Virus record (IMG/VR): IMGVR_UViG_3300042287_000745
Span: 10,736 to 74,735 of that record
DNA from: a virus
Length of the DNA stretch: 64,000 nt
Reading direction: 5' to 3' (one strand)
In this document: in pieces, positions 10,112 to 20,552 of the stretch
How the letters are laid out: each line of letters starts with the position of its first letter
How positions within the stretch are numbered: position 1 is the first letter of the stretch
The notes under the pieces: model-generated
Told to the model about the DNA's origin: nothing
Seen by the model: only the letters and a program-made list of their open reading frames with translations
Database searches by the model: none
Program-made: the position numbers and the translations under genes

Positions 10112-11653
10112 ATGGCAATTAAGCTATTTGGTTTCACTATCGCTCGAGAAGAAGAGAAGATAGATAAAAGAAATCAAGAATTCATGACACCGGTATCTGA
10201 TGATGGTGCCACTACTATACAATCCAGCGGCATTCAAGCTGGGGGGTATTTTGGCACCTATTTAGATATGGATGCTACGGCAAAATCTGAGTCGGATTTA
10301 ATTACACGATACAGAGAAGCCGCAGCATATTCGGATTGTTCTACAGCAGTAGATGAAATTGTAACCGAAGCAATCGCATCCGTGGATGACGATGTTGTAG
10401 TAAAAATCAATTTGGACAAGTTAGATATTCCGGATGATATAAAAGATACAATTGAAAATGAATTTAATAAAATACTTGAGCTATTAGAATTTAATAATAA
10501 GGCTCATGATATTTTTAGGCGTTGGTATATTGATGGTAGATTATACTATCAAAAAATTATTGATATGAAAAATCCTAAACGAGGGATTGTAGAATTGATG
10601 CAAATCGATCCTAGAAAAATTCGTAAAGTAAAAGAAATTAAGAAGGAAAAGGATGTAAATTCCGGTATAGATATAGTTAAAGATATAAAAGAATTCTTTA
10701 TCTATAACGAAAAGGGAATAAATTATAATCCGAATTATTCATTCTCTACTACTGCAAATCAAGGCATTCGAATTTCACCTGACGCAGTGGCATTTGTTCC
10801 TTCTGGGATGATGGATTTAGAAAAGAATGTTGTACTTGGTTATTTACATAAATCGATCAAGGCAGTAAATCAACTAAAAATGATGGAAGATGCTCTGGTA
10901 ATTTACAGATTAGCAAGAGCACCTGAACGTAGAATATTTTACATTGATGTAGGCAATTTACCTAAAATTAAAGCTGAGCAATATTTAAAAGATATTATGG
11001 CTCGCTACAGAAATAAAATTGTATATGATTCTAGCACAGGTGAAATTCGAGATGATAGGAAATTTATGTCATTGCTTGAAGATTTTTGGTTACCTCGCAG
11101 AGAAGGTGGCAGAGGAACCGAAATTACTACATTACCTGGCGGGGAAAATTTAGGACAGATTGAAGATATTAATTACTTTCAAACTAAATTATATCAAGCA
11201 TTAAATGTTCCTTTATCTAGAATGCAGGCACAATCTGGTATATCTTTTGGTAGAGCAACAGAAATTACTAGAGATGAATTAAAATTTGCAAAATTTGTAG
11301 GTAGACTTCGTAAAAAGTTTAATATTTTATTTAATGATATTTTAAAAACACAATTGCTATTAAAGGGTGTGTTGACAGATAAAGATTGGGAAAGTATTAA
11401 AGAAAAGATTCAATATAAGTATGCGCAAGATCAATACTTTGATGAAATGAAGAGTGCTGAGAATTATAGAAATCAAATTGATTTATTAAATATGATAACC
11501 CCGTATGTTGGTACATATTTTAGTCAACGATTTGTAATGAAAGATGTACTACGTATGTCAGATAAAGAAATACAAATTATGAAAACTGAGATTGAGCAAG
11601 AGCCCGCTCCTCAGCCAATAAATACAGAACAACCCGGAAATCCGCAGCAATAG
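10112..11653 (+). CDS. gp20: Portal vertex protein gp20
   Basis: YRLARAPERRIFYIDVGNLP and EDFWLPRREGGRGTEITTLPGG motifs. Confidence 0.97.
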   Translation: MAIKLFGFTIAREEEKIDKRNQEFMTPVSDDGATTIQSSGIQAGGYFGTYLDMDATAKSESDLITRYREAAAYSDCSTAVDEIVTEAIASVDDDVVVKINLDKLDIPDDIKDTIENEFNKILELLEFNNKAHDIFRRWYIDGRLYYQKIIDMKNPKRGIVELMQIDPRKIRKVKEIKKEKDVNSGIDIVKDIKEFFIYNEKGINYNPNYSFSTTANQGIRISPDAVAFVPSGMMDLEKNVVLGYLHKSIKAVNQLKMMEDALVIYRLARAPERRIFYIDVGNLPKIKAEQYLKDIMARYRNKIVYDSSTGEIRDDRKFMSLLEDFWLPRREGGRGTEITTLPGGENLGQIEDINYFQTKLYQALNVPLSRMQAQSGISFGRATEITRDELKFAKFVGRLRKKFNILFNDILKTQLLLKGVLTDKDWESIKEKIQYKYAQDQYFDEMKSAENYRNQIDLLNMITPYVGTYFSQRFVMKDVLRMSDKEIQIMKTEIEQEPAPQPINTEQPGNPQQ

Positions 11654-11661
11654 GAGTCATT

Positions 11662-11988
11662 ATGGAAAAAGACACAATTAGAAGTATGGTAAGTAATATT
11701 ATCGCTAACCGCGAAACCGATGCTATGCGAGACTTTGATGCGGCTATCGCAGATAAGCTAACAGATGCACTTGACCATAAAAAACAAGAAGTTGCATCTG
11801 GTTTAGGTGAATCAGATGACAATGCACCAGGAGTTGCAAGCGGAAGAGGCCCAGCCGGCGGTTCCGGGTTAACCAAAAAAATACTAGACGTAGCTGCAGC
11901 AATTGGCGACGTGTTTACCGGTGAAGCTGGTAAAAAAATGGCAGAGCCAACTCCTACTCCGCCTGCTACTCCTAAGAAACCAAAATAA
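11662..11988 (+). CDS. Prohead core protein (gp67-like) with C-terminal extension
   Basis: Position after the portal; helical N-terminus ending KKQEVAS; RBS AGGAG. Confidence 0.6.
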   Translation: MEKDTIRSMVSNIIANRETDAMRDFDAAIADKLTDALDHKKQEVASGLGESDDNAPGVASGRGPAGGSGLTKKILDVAAAIGDVFTGEAGKKMAEPTPTPPATPKKPK

Positions 11989-11994
11989 ACTAAG

Positions 11995-13236
11995 ATGAAA
12001 AAATTTAATTCAATTCGAGAAGAGTCTCTTTTAGAAAAATTAAAATCTTCGGATCCTACTGGCAAGTGGATACATGATTTTGTAAAAAGTGACAATCCTA
12101 AATTTGCAGGTAAAAGCAAACAGGAAAGAATCCGCATGGCTTTAGGTGCATCATATGCTGCTAAGCGCAATGAAGAAGTTGAAGTTGAAATTGATGAGCA
12201 AATGGTACCACCTAAAGGGTTTCGTAAACCTGGTGATGACCGAGGCACAGAAATGGGCGGCGGCGGAGCCGGAGTCGGCAGCACTACAACTAGTAATGTC
12301 GGCAAAACAGTTCCAATTGGAGGTGTTTATCGTAGATATGCAGAACCTGCAGCTGAGCCAGTTAAAACAGAACCTGCTAAACCTGATCTTAAAACTAGAT
12401 ATGATGCGGAGATGGAAAAGGTTCGTGCTGGGAATACTAGTACAAAGAAACAAGATTATCCCACATTGACCGACGTAATTCCCGAACCTTCGAAAACTAG
12501 TAAACCCGATCGTGCAGGTAGAAAAGAACCTACAATGGGAGAACCGGTTTCTCCCCCAGATCGTATGGGCAGAAGAGAACCTACAATGGGTGAGCCTTCA
12601 ACAAAACTTACAAAACGAGAAATTGCGTCTCGTCTAAGAGAACCAAGTGGACCAATTGGCGAGGAATTAGACGCACCTAAAACACAAGCATCACAATTAA
12701 AAGATATGTTATCTAATCCACAACATATTAGTAATCCTGAGCATAAGTCGCAATTAGAAAAACGATACAAAATTGCAAAAGATAGAGAAGATTTAGATCA
12801 GGGGCAGGCTGTAGATAAAACAGGTAAAGCAATGGCGGTATTACCACCTGCAGATTTTGCTAAAAAGAATCCGAATTTTAATAAAGAACATTCGGAAGAA
12901 TATGATACTAGTATAACGGCATTAGATGAGATTGCTAAAAAAATAAAAATCAAAATTAATTATCCTACGCAAACTAAAGCAGAAATTGCGCAGGCTAAAT
13001 ATAGAAAACAAAGCGGTTTACCTGATCCTAGCTATTATAAAAAGTATGCTGCCCAGAAACAAGCAGAAATTGATGCTATGAAAAATGAAGCTGCTAAGCC
13101 CGGCCTTTATGCAAATATACAGGCTAAACGTAAACGTATTGCTGCGGGCAGTAATGAAAAAATGCGCAAACCCGGTACTGAAGGTGCGCCAACCGCTCAA
13201 GCGTTTAAAGATGCTGCAAAAACAGCTAAGAAATAA
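11995..13236 (+). CDS. Prohead core/internal head protein (gp68 position), modular and low-complexity
   Basis: MKKFNSIREE start typical of T4-like internal head proteins; located between gp67-like and gp21. Confidence 0.55.
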   Translation: MKKFNSIREESLLEKLKSSDPTGKWIHDFVKSDNPKFAGKSKQERIRMALGASYAAKRNEEVEVEIDEQMVPPKGFRKPGDDRGTEMGGGGAGVGSTTTSNVGKTVPIGGVYRRYAEPAAEPVKTEPAKPDLKTRYDAEMEKVRAGNTSTKKQDYPTLTDVIPEPSKTSKPDRAGRKEPTMGEPVSPPDRMGRREPTMGEPSTKLTKREIASRLREPSGPIGEELDAPKTQASQLKDMLSNPQHISNPEHKSQLEKRYKIAKDREDLDQGQAVDKTGKAMAVLPPADFAKKNPNFNKEHSEEYDTSITALDEIAKKIKIKINYPTQTKAEIAQAKYRKQSGLPDPSYYKKYAAQKQAEIDAMKNEAAKPGLYANIQAKRKRIAAGSNEKMRKPGTEGAPTAQAFKDAAKTAKK

Positions 13237-13245
13237 GAGGCAATA

Positions 13246-13629
13246 ATGGCAGTCACAAAAACAGTACTTAAGAAAGTTAGACAACAAGCTTCGGTAAAAC
13301 TTATTGGAGATGGTCAAGCAAATATAACAACTTTTGATCTTAAGTTGGCGGATGAAACTTTAGACAATGGCAATGTGGCCATGAATATTACCGGTATGGT
13401 GTGGTCTACTCCCGGGGTAACACCAATCGTAATTACGCGAAATGGGAATGTTACGCAATATTTGTCTGGTAATGATAATTGGACATTGACGCAAATGTTT
13501 GGTATTTCTGATACAGTTGCAAATTCTGCAAATATTTCTATCGCAATGCCGGCAAATTCTTTATTGTATTTGTCAATTACAAAAGCTAGCGGATTTATTG
13601 AACCAAATCAACAAATAGTACCTAGGTAA
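13246..13629 (+). CDS. Hypothetical head-region protein
   Basis: 127-aa ORF with GAGG RBS, upstream of gp21. Confidence 0.6.
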   Translation: MAVTKTVLKKVRQQASVKLIGDGQANITTFDLKLADETLDNGNVAMNITGMVWSTPGVTPIVITRNGNVTQYLSGNDNWTLTQMFGISDTVANSANISIAMPANSLLYLSITKASGFIEPNQQIVPR

Positions 13630-13635
13630 ATAGAT

Positions 13636-14286
13636 ATGAGACTAATTAAAGAAGTTGCTCAAGATTTAAAGTACCTCACCGAAGAAAAACAAGGTGGCGG
13701 CAAAACCATTTATATCGAAGGCGTATTTGCTCAAGCAAATAGAAAAAATAAAAATAATAGAACTTATGGCAAACCTATTATGGAGCGCGAAGTTCAAAAA
13801 TATAAAGAGCTAATTGAACAAAAAAGATCTTTGGGCGAATTAGGTCATCCGGATAACCCATCGATTAATTTGCACCAAGTTTCTCATTTAATTACAAAAT
13901 TAGAAATGAATGGTAGCGATGTGTATGGTAAAGCAAAAATACTAGAAACTCCAATGGGTATTATTGCAAGAAATTTAATTGAAAACGAAGTTCAATTAGG
14001 TGTATCAACTAGAGGTCTTGGATCTCTAAAAATGAATTCTGAAGGCGTCAATGAAGTGCAGGATGATTTTCATCTTGCGACAGTAGACATTGTAGCTGAT
14101 CCATCTGCCCCAGATGCCTTTGTTCAAGGTATTATGGAATCTGCGGAATGGATATTAGAAAGCGGTATCTGGAAAGCTGTGCATATAGAAAATGCACAAA
14201 AGGAAATAAGAAAAACTTCTGGTAAAAATCTGGAAGAAACCAAATTAAGAATTTTCGAACAATTCTTATCCCGAGTGTCTAGATAA
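13636..14286 (+). CDS. gp21: Prohead protease gp21
   Basis: GELGHP, GVSTRGLGS and DIVADPSAPDAFV motifs. Confidence 0.96.
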   Translation: MRLIKEVAQDLKYLTEEKQGGGKTIYIEGVFAQANRKNKNNRTYGKPIMEREVQKYKELIEQKRSLGELGHPDNPSINLHQVSHLITKLEMNGSDVYGKAKILETPMGIIARNLIENEVQLGVSTRGLGSLKMNSEGVNEVQDDFHLATVDIVADPSAPDAFVQGIMESAEWILESGIWKAVHIENAQKEIRKTSGKNLEETKLRIFEQFLSRVSR

Positions 14287-14293
14287 CTAGAAT

Positions 14294-14301
14294 TATAAAT
14301 A
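14294..14301 (+). promoter_or_regulatory. T4-type late promoter
   Basis: TATAAATA upstream of gp22. Confidence 0.85.
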
Positions 14302-14336
14302 ATGCTTGAGTATATTCATACAATTAGGAGACTCTA

Positions 14337-15701
14337 ATGTCAGTAGAAAGCAAAATTAAGGAATTGTTGGAGAATGTAAAGGTCAAAGCTTCTTTAGATG
14401 AAGCTGCCGGAAGTTCGTCCAATGTAACAAAGGATTCCTCGATCAAACCTGCCAATGGAGGAGATTCATCTTCTCCTAAACAAGGTAGTTCAGAAGAAGC
14501 ATCCCATGAAGATCGCGGAGAAAATGAAGCAAATCAAGGCGCCATTACTGCAAAAGGTATTTCTAAAAATACTATTGCGATGAAAGGTTCAGTTGGAGTA
14601 GCCCCTAACTTTACTACGGTTCAAGGTACACCGAACCTAGGTGCTAGTTGGCCAGCCATTCCTATGAATACCGGTATTCGTGAGGAAGAAGAAGTTGTTT
14701 CTGAGGCAGATACGGATAGCACAATAAATGACCGATATAAGGACATTCAGACATCCGTAGACGACAAAGGCCGCTTAGTCTACAAGAAAGATAAAAACGT
14801 AGAAGTTAAATCTTCGGTTGACGATCAAGGTCGTTTACAATTTAAAGATACCGCTAGAGGCAATGAAACATCTACAGATAAAGCAGGTAAAATTGTCTTT
14901 AGGCGTGCGGAAGGGGTTGAGACAGGGGACGACGAAAATATGGACGAATTGTCAGAAGCAGATCAAGAATTAAATATTGATATGGCATCTATTTTCGGCG
15001 AAGACTTATCCGAAGAATTTAGAGAAAAAGCAACATCCATTTTTGAAGCAGCAGTCATTGCTAAAGTCAACGATGAAATGGAAAGAGTTTGCGAAGCATT
15101 AGAAGAAAAATATTCTGCAGAGTTTGAAGAATATACAGAAAGCATTGTTGAAAAGGTCGATGCTTATCTAAACTATGTAGTTGAAAACTATATGGAAGAA
15201 AACAAACTAGCAATCGATAATGGGTTGCGTACTGAAATAGCCGAAGATTTTATGTCGGGACTTAAGGCGCTCTTCAAAGAACATTATATTGAAGTGCCTG
15301 AGGAAAAATATGATGTAATAGGTGAATTACAAAGTAAGGTAACAGATTTAGAAGAAAGTCTAGATCGTCAACTAGAACAAAATGTTGGTTTACATACTGA
15401 AGTGTCGTCTTTAAAGAAACATTTAATTATCAGTGAAATGACTGATGATTTAGCTGACACCCAAGTTAATAAATTAACGAAACTTTTAGACGGTGTAAAT
15501 TTTGAGAATGAAGAAATTTACAGAGAAAAGGTTGCGGTAATTAAGGAAAATTATTTCCCAGTAACATCTGGAAAAGAGTCTTTCACAATTTCCCAAACAC
15601 AACCCCTTGTAGAAGAAACTAGTATTGAAGAAAGCTTCGCTTCTAATGATGTCGTATCTTCGTATGCTAAAGCCTTATCAAGAACAATTAAACGAGTATA
15701 A
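14337..15701 (+). CDS. gp22: Prohead scaffolding core protein gp22 with N-terminal insertions
   Basis: LSEEFREKATSIFEAAV, VDAYLNYVVE and GLKALFKEHYI motifs. Confidence 0.92.
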   Translation: MSVESKIKELLENVKVKASLDEAAGSSSNVTKDSSIKPANGGDSSSPKQGSSEEASHEDRGENEANQGAITAKGISKNTIAMKGSVGVAPNFTTVQGTPNLGASWPAIPMNTGIREEEEVVSEADTDSTINDRYKDIQTSVDDKGRLVYKKDKNVEVKSSVDDQGRLQFKDTARGNETSTDKAGKIVFRRAEGVETGDDENMDELSEADQELNIDMASIFGEDLSEEFREKATSIFEAAVIAKVNDEMERVCEALEEKYSAEFEEYTESIVEKVDAYLNYVVENYMEENKLAIDNGLRTEIAEDFMSGLKALFKEHYIEVPEEKYDVIGELQSKVTDLEESLDRQLEQNVGLHTEVSSLKKHLIISEMTDDLADTQVNKLTKLLDGVNFENEEIYREKVAVIKENYFPVTSGKESFTISQTQPLVEETSIEESFASNDVVSSYAKALSRTIKRV

Positions 15702-15739
15702 CTTATAAATTACATAAGTTGTAAATAAAGGAGAATTAC

Positions 15740-17023
15740 ATGTTTTTATCCGAGAATTATCAACAAAAGTGGGGCGCAATTTTAGATCATCCTGATCTAC
15801 CCCAAATTAAAGATTCGTATAAGCGTGCTGTTACTGCAGTATTATTAGAGAATCAAGAAAAATCTTTACGTGAAGAGCGTCAAGCGCTTTTCGAAACACC
15901 TTCGAATAACATCAGCGCAACTGATGGTATTCAAAAGTATGACCCAATTCTAATTGGCCTAGTCCGTCGCGCAATGCCTAATCTAATGGCTTATGACATT
16001 TGCGGTGTACAACCAATGACAGGTCCTACTGGCCTAATCTTCGCAATGCGTTCGATGTATGGTTCGGAGCGTAATAACACTACGACCCGTAAAGAAGCAT
16101 TATTCAATGAAGCCAATACTGGATTCTCTGGCGGCTTTACTGATGGTACAGGTAACAATCCTGTATTCGGTGCTTACAATACAGGTAATGCGATTCCAAC
16201 GGGGTCGATGGAAGCTAAGAGTGATTACGCAGAAATGTCTTTCTCGATTGACAAGACAACAGTTACTGCTAAATCACGTGCATTGAAAGCAGAATACACC
16301 GTTGAATTGGCACAAGACTTAAAAGCAATTCATGGTCTTGACGCTGAAGCAGAATTATCGAACATTCTTTCGCAAGAATTTATGTTTGAGATTAATCGCG
16401 AAGTTGTTCGTACAATCTACAAAGTTGCTAAAGCAGGTTCGCCTTCAACAGCAACAGCAGGTACATTTGACTTAGATATTGATTCAAACGGACGTTGGTC
16501 TGTAGAGCGCTTTAAAGGCTTGTTATTTAATATCGAACGTGATGCTAACCACATTGCACAAGACACTCGTAGAGGAAAAGGTAACTTCATCGTTTGCTCA
16601 GCAGACGTTGCAAGTGCACTAGCTATGTCAGGCGTATTAGATTATGCTCCAGCATTAAGCACAAATCTAAATGTTGATGATACAGGCAATACATTCGCAG
16701 GCGTTTTAAACGGACGTTATAGAGTTTATATTGACCCGTATTCGTCGAATTTGGGTGCTACTAACCAGTTCTATGTAGTTGGTTACAAAGGTACAAGTCC
16801 TTACGATGCAGGTATGTTCTATTGCCCATACGTTCCGTTACAAATGGTTCGTGCAATTGATCCTAACAGCTTCCAGCCAAAAATCGGCTTTAAGACACGT
16901 TATGGCCTAATTGCTAACCCATATGTAACTTCGTCGGATAGCTTGTCGGATTCGGATGGCGATAGCTTCACAGCAAATCGCAATCAGTATTATCGTCGTA
17001 CCAAGGTTGCGAACCTAATGTAA
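15740..17023 (+). CDS. gp23: Major capsid protein gp23
   Basis: LLENQE, GVQPMTGPTGLIFAMR, ELAQDLKAIHGLDAEAEL and FQPKIGFKTRYG motifs. Confidence 0.98.
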   Translation: MFLSENYQQKWGAILDHPDLPQIKDSYKRAVTAVLLENQEKSLREERQALFETPSNNISATDGIQKYDPILIGLVRRAMPNLMAYDICGVQPMTGPTGLIFAMRSMYGSERNNTTTRKEALFNEANTGFSGGFTDGTGNNPVFGAYNTGNAIPTGSMEAKSDYAEMSFSIDKTTVTAKSRALKAEYTVELAQDLKAIHGLDAEAELSNILSQEFMFEINREVVRTIYKVAKAGSPSTATAGTFDLDIDSNGRWSVERFKGLLFNIERDANHIAQDTRRGKGNFIVCSADVASALAMSGVLDYAPALSTNLNVDDTGNTFAGVLNGRYRVYIDPYSSNLGATNQFYVVGYKGTSPYDAGMFYCPYVPLQMVRAIDPNSFQPKIGFKTRYGLIANPYVTSSDSLSDSDGDSFTANRNQYYRRTKVANLM

Positions 17024-17053
17024 TTGAAGTAGCCGACAGTAAGATCGGAATTT

Positions 17054-17082
17054 AAAGGGGGAAGGAAACTTCCCCCTTTTTT
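17054..17082 (+). terminator. Rho-independent terminator after gp23
   Basis: AAAGGGGGAAG-GAAA-CTTCCCCCTTT stem followed by a T-run. Confidence 0.92.
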
Positions 17083-17097
17083 AACCTTTGTATCGGC

Positions 17098-17105
17098 TAT
17101 AAATA
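17098..17105 (+). promoter_or_regulatory. T4-type late promoter
   Basis: TATAAATA upstream of gp3. Confidence 0.85.
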
Positions 17106-17127
17106 ATAAGATGAAGAAAGGAGTACA

Positions 17128-17715
17128 ATGGCATACACTGCAAACATAGACGTTATTCAAAATGCTATATCGGAATCACAAACAACCACATATGATTATT
17201 TACGACCAAATGCGTTTAGATTCAGTTTAAAAGATTTACCTAAAGTCTCATTTACTTGCCAATCAGCAAATCTTCCAGATTTACAATTAGGATATGCTAT
17301 TCAAAGTACTCCTTTTGTGGATTTGCCGACGGTCGGAGATAAAATAAACTTCGGTGAGTTTACAATCAGATTTATTGTTGCTGAAGATATGAGAAACTAT
17401 CTTGAATTGTATCGTTGGATAATTGGTTTGGGATTCCCTAAAGATTATTCACAATTCAAAACATTTTCGGATAATAAAGTAAGTAGATTTCCATTTGTCA
17501 CAAAGAAGGATGGAACTGAGGAAATTTTGGCATACTCGGATGGTACGTTGACTATTCTCGACTCGACAAACTCGCCTAAAGTAAATATAATATTTAAAAA
17601 CCTGTTCCCTATATCATTACAGGCTTTGGATTTTGATATTACTTCTCAGACCGTAGAGTATTTTACTGCAATTGCTACATTTAAATATACTATTTTCGAA
17701 GTAGAACCTTTATAA
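17128..17715 (+). CDS. gp3: Tail completion/tube terminator gp3
   Basis: FTCQSANLP, F.VAEDMRNYLELYRWI, SDGTLTIL and FPISL motifs. Confidence 0.88.
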   Translation: MAYTANIDVIQNAISESQTTTYDYLRPNAFRFSLKDLPKVSFTCQSANLPDLQLGYAIQSTPFVDLPTVGDKINFGEFTIRFIVAEDMRNYLELYRWIIGLGFPKDYSQFKTFSDNKVSRFPFVTKKDGTEEILAYSDGTLTILDSTNSPKVNIIFKNLFPISLQALDFDITSQTVEYFTAIATFKYTIFEVEPL

Positions 17716-17736
17716 TTTTTTTAATTTGGAGTTATT

Positions 17737-18624
17737 ATGAATACAAAAGTAAAACCTATGCCCCTGCCTTCAATTCCTAAATTGCCAAAGGCAGGCGGCA
17801 ATCAAGAGGCAGCAAACAATCCCAACGAAAAAAAGCTAGAAGTAAAACTAGACGACCTTCGTAAAGAACGTATTTTCATTGCCACTCCCTGTTATGGTGG
17901 GCAATTAACCGAAGCATATTTTAGATCAACTATTCGATTACTAACTTTCTGTAATCAACATCAAATTCCTATTGCGTTTGGAACTATTGCGAATGAATCG
18001 TTGGTTACTAGAGCTAGAAATGTTTTGGTGGCATATTTCCTACAAAGCGATTTTACTCGTCTAATGTTTATTGATGCAGATATCGAATTCCAAGTTGAGG
18101 ATGTTATTAAACTTATTGCCCATAATAAGGATGTTGCCGTCGGCGCATATCCTAAAAAGGGTGTTAATTGGCAGCGTATTCGTGAAAGCGTTCGGCAAAA
18201 TGATACTACGTATGACGATAAACAGATTGCATCGTTTGGTAGTGATTATGCAATTAACTTTAAATTTATTAACCGCGAACAAAAACAAATTGCAATTGAA
18301 AACGGATTAATTCGTTTACATGATGGTGCAACCGGGTTTATGATGATTAAGCGAGAAGTTATTGATAAAATGATTGAGGCATATCCAGATCTAAAATATA
18401 ACAATGATTTGAATACACCGCCGGAATTAAATCCTCATTTTTACGCATTCTTCGATACAATGATTGATCCAAAGGATAAACGATATCTATCTGAAGATTA
18501 TACGTTTAGTCGTAGATGGCAAGACATCGGCGGTGAAATTTGGCTTGACCCGTCAATCTCTTTGAACCATTATGGTTCGTTTAATTTCCAAGGTAACCCT
18601 TCTCAAATTATTCAAGTAGGGTAA
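17737..18624 (+). CDS. Glycosyltransferase-like protein (GT-A fold, DxD)
   Basis: IATPCYGG, NESLVTRARN, FIDADI, TGFMMIKR and YLSEDYTF motifs. Confidence 0.75.
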   Translation: MNTKVKPMPLPSIPKLPKAGGNQEAANNPNEKKLEVKLDDLRKERIFIATPCYGGQLTEAYFRSTIRLLTFCNQHQIPIAFGTIANESLVTRARNVLVAYFLQSDFTRLMFIDADIEFQVEDVIKLIAHNKDVAVGAYPKKGVNWQRIRESVRQNDTTYDDKQIASFGSDYAINFKFINREQKQIAIENGLIRLHDGATGFMMIKREVIDKMIEAYPDLKYNNDLNTPPELNPHFYAFFDTMIDPKDKRYLSEDYTFSRRWQDIGGEIWLDPSISLNHYGSFNFQGNPSQIIQVG

Positions 18625-18627
18625 TTT

Positions 18628-19068
18628 ATGAAATTATCCGATCTTCAAGAATCCTGGGCGGAGGATTGTAAGATTGATGAATTGAATCTTGGTCGTGAAT
18701 CTGCCAGAACCCCAAACCTTCACGCCAAGTATTTGAATTATCTAACATCTAGCAAACTAAATCTTCGCAAAGCGGAATCTGATTATTATAATACCAGACG
18801 ATTAAAATATAGGTATTATCGAGGCGAATTAACAAGCGCCGAACTTGCCGAATATGAATGGGATCAATGGCAAGGAAATAAACCGCTAAAAAATGAAATG
18901 GATGAATTTTTGTCCTGTGATAAAGACTTAATAACTCTTGAGGATAAAGTGGAATATTTTAAAACTGTTTTATATCAGCTTGAACAAATTATTCGATCTT
19001 TAAATAGTAGAACATGGGATATAAAGAATTGTATCGAGTGGAATAAATTTACAAGTGGAATGATGTAA
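18628..19068 (+). CDS. uvsY: Recombination mediator UvsY
   Basis: W.EDCKID, P.LHAKYL and IKNCIEW.KF motifs; upstream of uvsW. Confidence 0.9.
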   Translation: MKLSDLQESWAEDCKIDELNLGRESARTPNLHAKYLNYLTSSKLNLRKAESDYYNTRRLKYRYYRGELTSAELAEYEWDQWQGNKPLKNEMDEFLSCDKDLITLEDKVEYFKTVLYQLEQIIRSLNSRTWDIKNCIEWNKFTSGMM

Positions 19069-20552
19069 TGGCTGCGGATATAACATTGATTAAAAAGGAT
19101 GAAGTCTACATAAAAGTATTATGTGAACCTTCAATTGCCCAGGAACTTAGTGACCATTTTTGTTTCGATGTTCCTGGTGCAAAGTTTCATCCATTATATA
19201 AATCTCGTATGTGGGATGGCAAGGTTAGATTATTTTCAATGTTTACGAAAGAATTGTATACAGGGTTAAAAGATTATGTAACTGCATTTGCTAAAGAACG
19301 GGAATACACAGTACAAGATGCAATTGTTCCGAATTTTAAAGATCCAGTAACATATGAACAGGTAAAAGAATTTTGTCTTAGTTTACAATTAGCATCTAAA
19401 GGTCAACCGATTAATATTCGAGAATACCAAATAGATGCAGTATATGCAGCGATTGTTGATAGTAGACGTTTGTTACTATCACCTACAGGTTCAGGTAAAT
19501 CTCTTATAATATATTGTTTATTACGATGGCATGAAAAATTTAATCGACGTCAGCTTATTCTAGTACCAACTACGTCTTTAGTAGAACAAATGTACACCGA
19601 CTTTCAAGATTACTCGTCTATAAATGGGTGGAAGGCATCTGAACATTGTCATCGTATCTACGGTGGGCACGAAAAATCTAATGAATATGATGTTATAATT
19701 AGCACATGGCAATCTCTTTATAAATTACCTAAATCTTTTTTTAGTGATTTTAAAACAATATACGGGGATGAAGCTCATCAATTTAAGGCAAAATCGTTAA
19801 CTACTATTCTAAATAAATGCGACAGCTCACCTTTTAGAATTGGAACTACTGGTACTTTAGATGGTCTTAAAACTCATCGATTAGTGCTTGAAGGTATATT
19901 TGGCCCAGTATTAAAGGTTACATCTACTAAGCAATTAATAACAGATAAAACTCTTGCAGATTTAAAAATATTTAATATTATACTTGAATATCCAGATGAA
20001 ATAAGAAAATCATTAAAAGGGAATTCTTATCAGGAGGAAATGGATTTCCTTGTACAATATGAACCTAGAAACAGATTTATTCGTAATCTTGCTCTAAAAC
20101 AAACTAACAATACGTTGGTACTTTTTCAGTACGTTGAAAAACATGGAAAAAGTCTACACGAAATGATTCAACAAAAAGAACCAAATCGAAAAGTATTTTT
20201 TGTTTATGGGGGAACAGATACAGAGCAACGTGAGCAAATACGAGGATTGACAGAAAACGAAAAGGATGCTATAATTGTAGCATCATATGGAACTTTTTCA
20301 ACTGGGATAAACATTCGAAATCTGCATAATATTATTTTTGCGTCACCTTCTAAGTCTCGTATACGTAATCTACAATCAATTGGCAGAGGCCTTAGAACAA
20401 GTGATAATAAAGATAGTTGTACTCTATATGATATCGGAGATGATCTTACTTGGAAATCTAAAAAGAACTATACTTTACTACATATGATAGAACGTATTAA
20501 AATTTATAATGATGAACATTTCAATTACAAATTAATTAAGGTGTCAATCTAA
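19068..20552 (+). CDS. uvsW: SF2 helicase UvsW
   Basis: WDGKVRLF, SPTGSGKS, DEAH and QSIGRGLR motifs. Confidence 0.96.
   Translation: MAADITLIKKDEVYIKVLCEPSIAQELSDHFCFDVPGAKFHPLYKSRMWDGKVRLFSMFTKELYTGLKDYVTAFAKEREYTVQDAIVPNFKDPVTYEQVKEFCLSLQLASKGQPINIREYQIDAVYAAIVDSRRLLLSPTGSGKSLIIYCLLRWHEKFNRRQLILVPTTSLVEQMYTDFQDYSSINGWKASEHCHRIYGGHEKSNEYDVIISTWQSLYKLPKSFFSDFKTIYGDEAHQFKAKSLTTILNKCDSSPFRIGTTGTLDGLKTHRLVLEGIFGPVLKVTSTKQLITDKTLADLKIFNIILEYPDEIRKSLKGNSYQEEMDFLVQYEPRNRFIRNLALKQTNNTLVLFQYVEKHGKSLHEMIQQKEPNRKVFFVYGGTDTEQREQIRGLTENEKDAIIVASYGTFSTGINIRNLHNIIFASPSKSRIRNLQSIGRGLRTSDNKDSCTLYDIGDDLTWKSKKNYTLLHMIERIKIYNDEHFNYKLIKVSI

Noticed and set aside
11577-12305. 242-aa minus-strand ORF and the many other short antisense or alternate-frame ORFs in the track
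   Set aside because: They shadow well-supported + strand genes and have no RBS, promoter or recognisable motifs
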